Below are positions 61,790-64,000 of a stretch of DNA of 64,000 nucleotides, piece by piece. This stretch comes from Hyphomicrobiales bacterium (GTDB lineage: Bacteria; Pseudomonadota; Alphaproteobacteria; Rhizobiales; JAKPQE01). Each line of letters starts with the position of its first letter. Within the stretch, counting starts at the first letter, position 1. The translations under genes and the position numbers were made by a program. The DNA lies in contig JAWKVW010000007.1 of the NCBI GenBank assembly GCA_041397845.1, positions 53,288-117,287 on the forward strand. Direction: 5' to 3'. The notes beneath the pieces were generated by a model. It saw only the letters and a program-made list of their open reading frames with translations, searched no databases and was not told where the DNA came from.

Positions 61790-62545
61790 ATGGCGCAATG
61801 GCGCGAGAAGTTCGACAAGGGCCTGATGCGGCTCGGCAAGCGGATCGTCTTCGGGCTCGATGCGTTCTGCGTGCGCTGGTCGAAGGTGCCGAACAAGCCG
61901 TTCTTCGAGGTCGAGGAGTTTCCCTTCGCGGCCGAGATCGAGCGGCAGTTCCCGGCGATTCGGGCCGAGCTCGATGCGCTGCTGGCCTATCGCGAGCATC
62001 TGCCGAACTTTCAGGATCTCTCGCCCGACCAGCGCTACATGACCAATGACGACGGCTGGAAGACGGTCGTCTTCTATGCCTATGGCCTGAAATCGCCGGG
62101 CAGTTCGAAGCTCTGCCCGAACACCGTCGCAGCGCTCCGGCACATTCCGGGCATGACGACGGCGATGTTCTCGATTCTCGCGCCGCACAAGAAGGTGCCG
62201 GCGCATCGGGGACCCTACAAGGGCGTGCTGCGCTACCATCTCGGCGTCGTCGTGCCGGAGCCGGCGGAGGCTTGCGGCATCCGCGTCGACAAGGAAACCC
62301 GGCACTGGCGCGAGGGCGGCAGCCTGATCTTCGACGATGCCTTCGACCACGAGGCCTGGAACGGCACGGACAAGGTGCGTGCCGTGCTTTTCGTCGATTT
62401 CATCCGGCCGATGCGGTTTCCCGGTTCGCTCGTCAACCGGCTCCTCATCTGGGTGATCGCGCTGTCGCCGTTCGTGCTCGGCGCAGCCGGGCGGCAGATT
62501 TCCTGGGAGCGGCAGTTCGACAAGGTGTTCCGGGCGCCGGACTGA
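61790..62545 (+). CDS. Aspartyl/asparaginyl beta-hydroxylase family (LpxO-like) protein
   Basis: 251 aa from MAQWREKFDKG (GGGAGGGA Shine-Dalgarno) inside track ORF 61718-62545. It has KVPAHRGPYKGVLRYHLGVVVP and FDDAFDHEAWN. Confidence 0.85.
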   Translation: MAQWREKFDKGLMRLGKRIVFGLDAFCVRWSKVPNKPFFEVEEFPFAAEIERQFPAIRAELDALLAYREHLPNFQDLSPDQRYMTNDDGWKTVVFYAYGLKSPGSSKLCPNTVAALRHIPGMTTAMFSILAPHKKVPAHRGPYKGVLRYHLGVVVPEPAEACGIRVDKETRHWREGGSLIFDDAFDHEAWNGTDKVRAVLFVDFIRPMRFPGSLVNRLLIWVIALSPFVLGAAGRQISWERQFDKVFRAPD

Positions 62546-62695
62546 CCGGTGCCGCGTCATCGAAGCGTTACCGAACCGACATATTTTCATGGCCGGTTTT
62601 CATGGTCGGCGGAACCTTTGTCCGCGCTCCGGCGTTATGGTGCCGGGAGGCGGCGCTTTTTCGGCCGCCGAGATTGCAACAAGACCGGACGAGAG

Positions 62696-63409
62696 ATGAC
62701 GAAGCGCTACGCGATCTACTATGCCCCTGCCCCGGAGAGCCCGCTGTGGCGGCTTGGCAGCGACTGGATCGGTCGTGATGCGGCAAGCGGCAAGGAGTGT
62801 ACTCATCCGGAGACAGCCGGCTTTCGCTCTCCCGACATTGCCGCGATGACGCGCGGCGCGCGGCGCTATGGCTTTCATGCGACGCTGAAGCCGCCGTTCC
62901 GGCTGGCGGAGGGGTCTTCGGAAGGCATGCTTCTGGCGGCGTTCGAGGATTTTGCCTATTTCGCTGCGGCGATCGCGCCGATCCGGCTGGAAGTTGCGAC
63001 CCTCGACGGGTTTCTGGCGCTGCGGCCGGCGGCCGGCGGCGAGGCGCTGCGCGGCTTTTCCAGCGAAATCGTCGAGCGTTTCGATCGCTTTCGGGCGCCT
63101 GCCGAGCCCTCGGAACTGGCGCGGCGGGCGGCAGGCGGCCTGACGCAGCGGCAGAGCGAAACCCTGAAGCGCTGGGGCTATCCGCACCTCTTTGCCGATT
63201 TCCGCTTTCACATGACGCTGACCGACCGCCTTGACGAGGTGACGCGGCGGCGGCTGATGCCGGCGCTCGAGGCCTATTTCGCGCCGGCGCTCGCCGGCGT
63301 TCATTGCCTTGACCGGATTGCCCTTTTCGTCGAGCCGGAGGCGGGCCAGCCATTCCAGATTCTCGACAGCTTTCCGCTGGCGCCGCAGCAGTTCGCCGAC
63401 GCACGCTGA
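62696..63409 (+). CDS. DUF1045 (2H-phosphoesterase-like) protein
   Basis: 237 aa from MTKRYAIYYAPAPESPLWRLGSDWIGRDA inside track ORF 62549-63409. It has two H-x-T-L motifs (FHATL, FHMTL). Confidence 0.8.
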   Translation: MTKRYAIYYAPAPESPLWRLGSDWIGRDAASGKECTHPETAGFRSPDIAAMTRGARRYGFHATLKPPFRLAEGSSEGMLLAAFEDFAYFAAAIAPIRLEVATLDGFLALRPAAGGEALRGFSSEIVERFDRFRAPAEPSELARRAAGGLTQRQSETLKRWGYPHLFADFRFHMTLTDRLDEVTRRRLMPALEAYFAPALAGVHCLDRIALFVEPEAGQPFQILDSFPLAPQQFADAR

Positions 63410-63426
63410 GTGACGGACGGTCTTCC

Positions 63427-63861
63427 TCAGAAGCCCTCGTCGAGGATTTCCGAGACGATGCCGGCGGCACCGGCGGCATAGCCGGCGCAGCGCTCGGCCA
63501 TGTTTTCAGCCGCAAAGCGCTTCTGGCCCTCGGGCGTGCCGAGGTGGCAGCCGTCGAGCAGGCCGGGACAGGTGGTGGCGCCGAATTCCTTCTCGAAGCG
63601 CTCGCGCAATTCCTGCACGGCCGCGTAGGTGCGTTCCCGGTCGGCGCGGGGATCGTCCGGCGCGAGCGCCAGCGACAGGGCGAGGATGCCGCCGCTCAAG
63701 GCGCCGCACTGGCCGGCGGTGCGGCCCTCGCCGGAGCAGAAGCCGGTTGCCAGACGGGTCGCGAGGCGGTCGTCGATGCCGAGCCGCATGGCCGTCGCCT
63801 TCACCACCGCCTCGGCGCAGTAGTAGCCATCCTCGGCGAAAAGCCGGCGCGCAACGCTCAT
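63427..63861 (-). CDS. C_GCAxxG_C_C family protein
   Basis: 144 aa from MSVARRLFAEDGYYCAEAVV (AGGGAGAGG Shine-Dalgarno) inside track ORF 63427-63945. It has GQCGALSGG and further conserved Cys residues. Confidence 0.75.
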   Translation of the reverse strand: MSVARRLFAEDGYYCAEAVVKATAMRLGIDDRLATRLATGFCSGEGRTAGQCGALSGGILALSLALAPDDPRADRERTYAAVQELRERFEKEFGATTCPGLLDGCHLGTPEGQKRFAAENMAERCAGYAAGAAGIVSEILDEGF

Positions 63862-64000
63862 GTCGCCTCTCCCTGTCCCCTGCCCCTCGTCCCGGCCCGC
63901 AGCCTCTCCGGACAGGCTAGCCTTAGCCAAATGCGCCGGCAACATGCGGCTGGACCTGCGAGGCCCGGCACGGACCGGCTGTCATCGATCCGTCACCAGG

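Overview
This is a high-GC (by eye about two-thirds G+C) alphaproteobacterial, Rhizobiales-like chromosomal segment. All calls come from reading the supplied ORF translations and the DNA by eye; no searches were run. About 60 protein genes can be placed from recognisable motifs. In order they are: ihfA-fabH-plsX-DUF177; bamE; the H+-pyrophosphatase hppA; a long minus-strand operon glyA-nrdR-ribD-ribE-ribH-nusB-thiL-MFS; an L,D-transpeptidase / MarR (LdtR-like) locus; a valine-catabolic operon; a soluble double-PAS chemoreceptor; hemB; a LivH-like permease translationally coupled to threonine dehydratase; RDD, bpt, arfB, UDG and NYN genes; rpoZ-spoT-pyrE-DUF2062-acpS-lepB-rnc-era; recO; parC; smpB; dapA; slt; an 8.5-kb all-minus envelope block (a membrane protein with a conserved C-terminus, two OmpA-domain proteins, two tandem RopA/Omp2-type porins); and ugd plus three small enzymes. 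I found no rRNA, tRNA, CRISPR array, transposase, integrase or phage gene. I also found no intact multi-gene cassette that I can honestly call a new defence- or secretion-type system. Five things stand out. (1) About ten genes are affected by short indels while their neighbours are clean. The two porins and a low-GC gene remnant are hit very heavily. Also hit are mmsB, a CoA hydrolase, a cytochrome c peroxidase, recO, a hemerythrin and a Pro/Ala-rich OmpA protein, and plsX carries a compensated double shift. This is either real gene decay or patchy indel-type consensus error, and the sequence alone cannot decide. (2) There is a low-GC insertion between recO and parC. (3) There are two kinds of structured intergenic repeat: a 3 x 33-nt hairpin array after era and a 2 x 103-nt double-hairpin element after slt. 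(4) Perfect CtrA-type TTAA-N7-TTAAC boxes lie upstream of the MarR gene and of the downstream porin. (5) An orphan LivH-type permease with an N-terminal lipoprotein-like domain overlaps ilvA. Start codons were often chosen by homology-style reasoning inside longer ORFs and may be off by a few codons. Frameshift positions are approximate.
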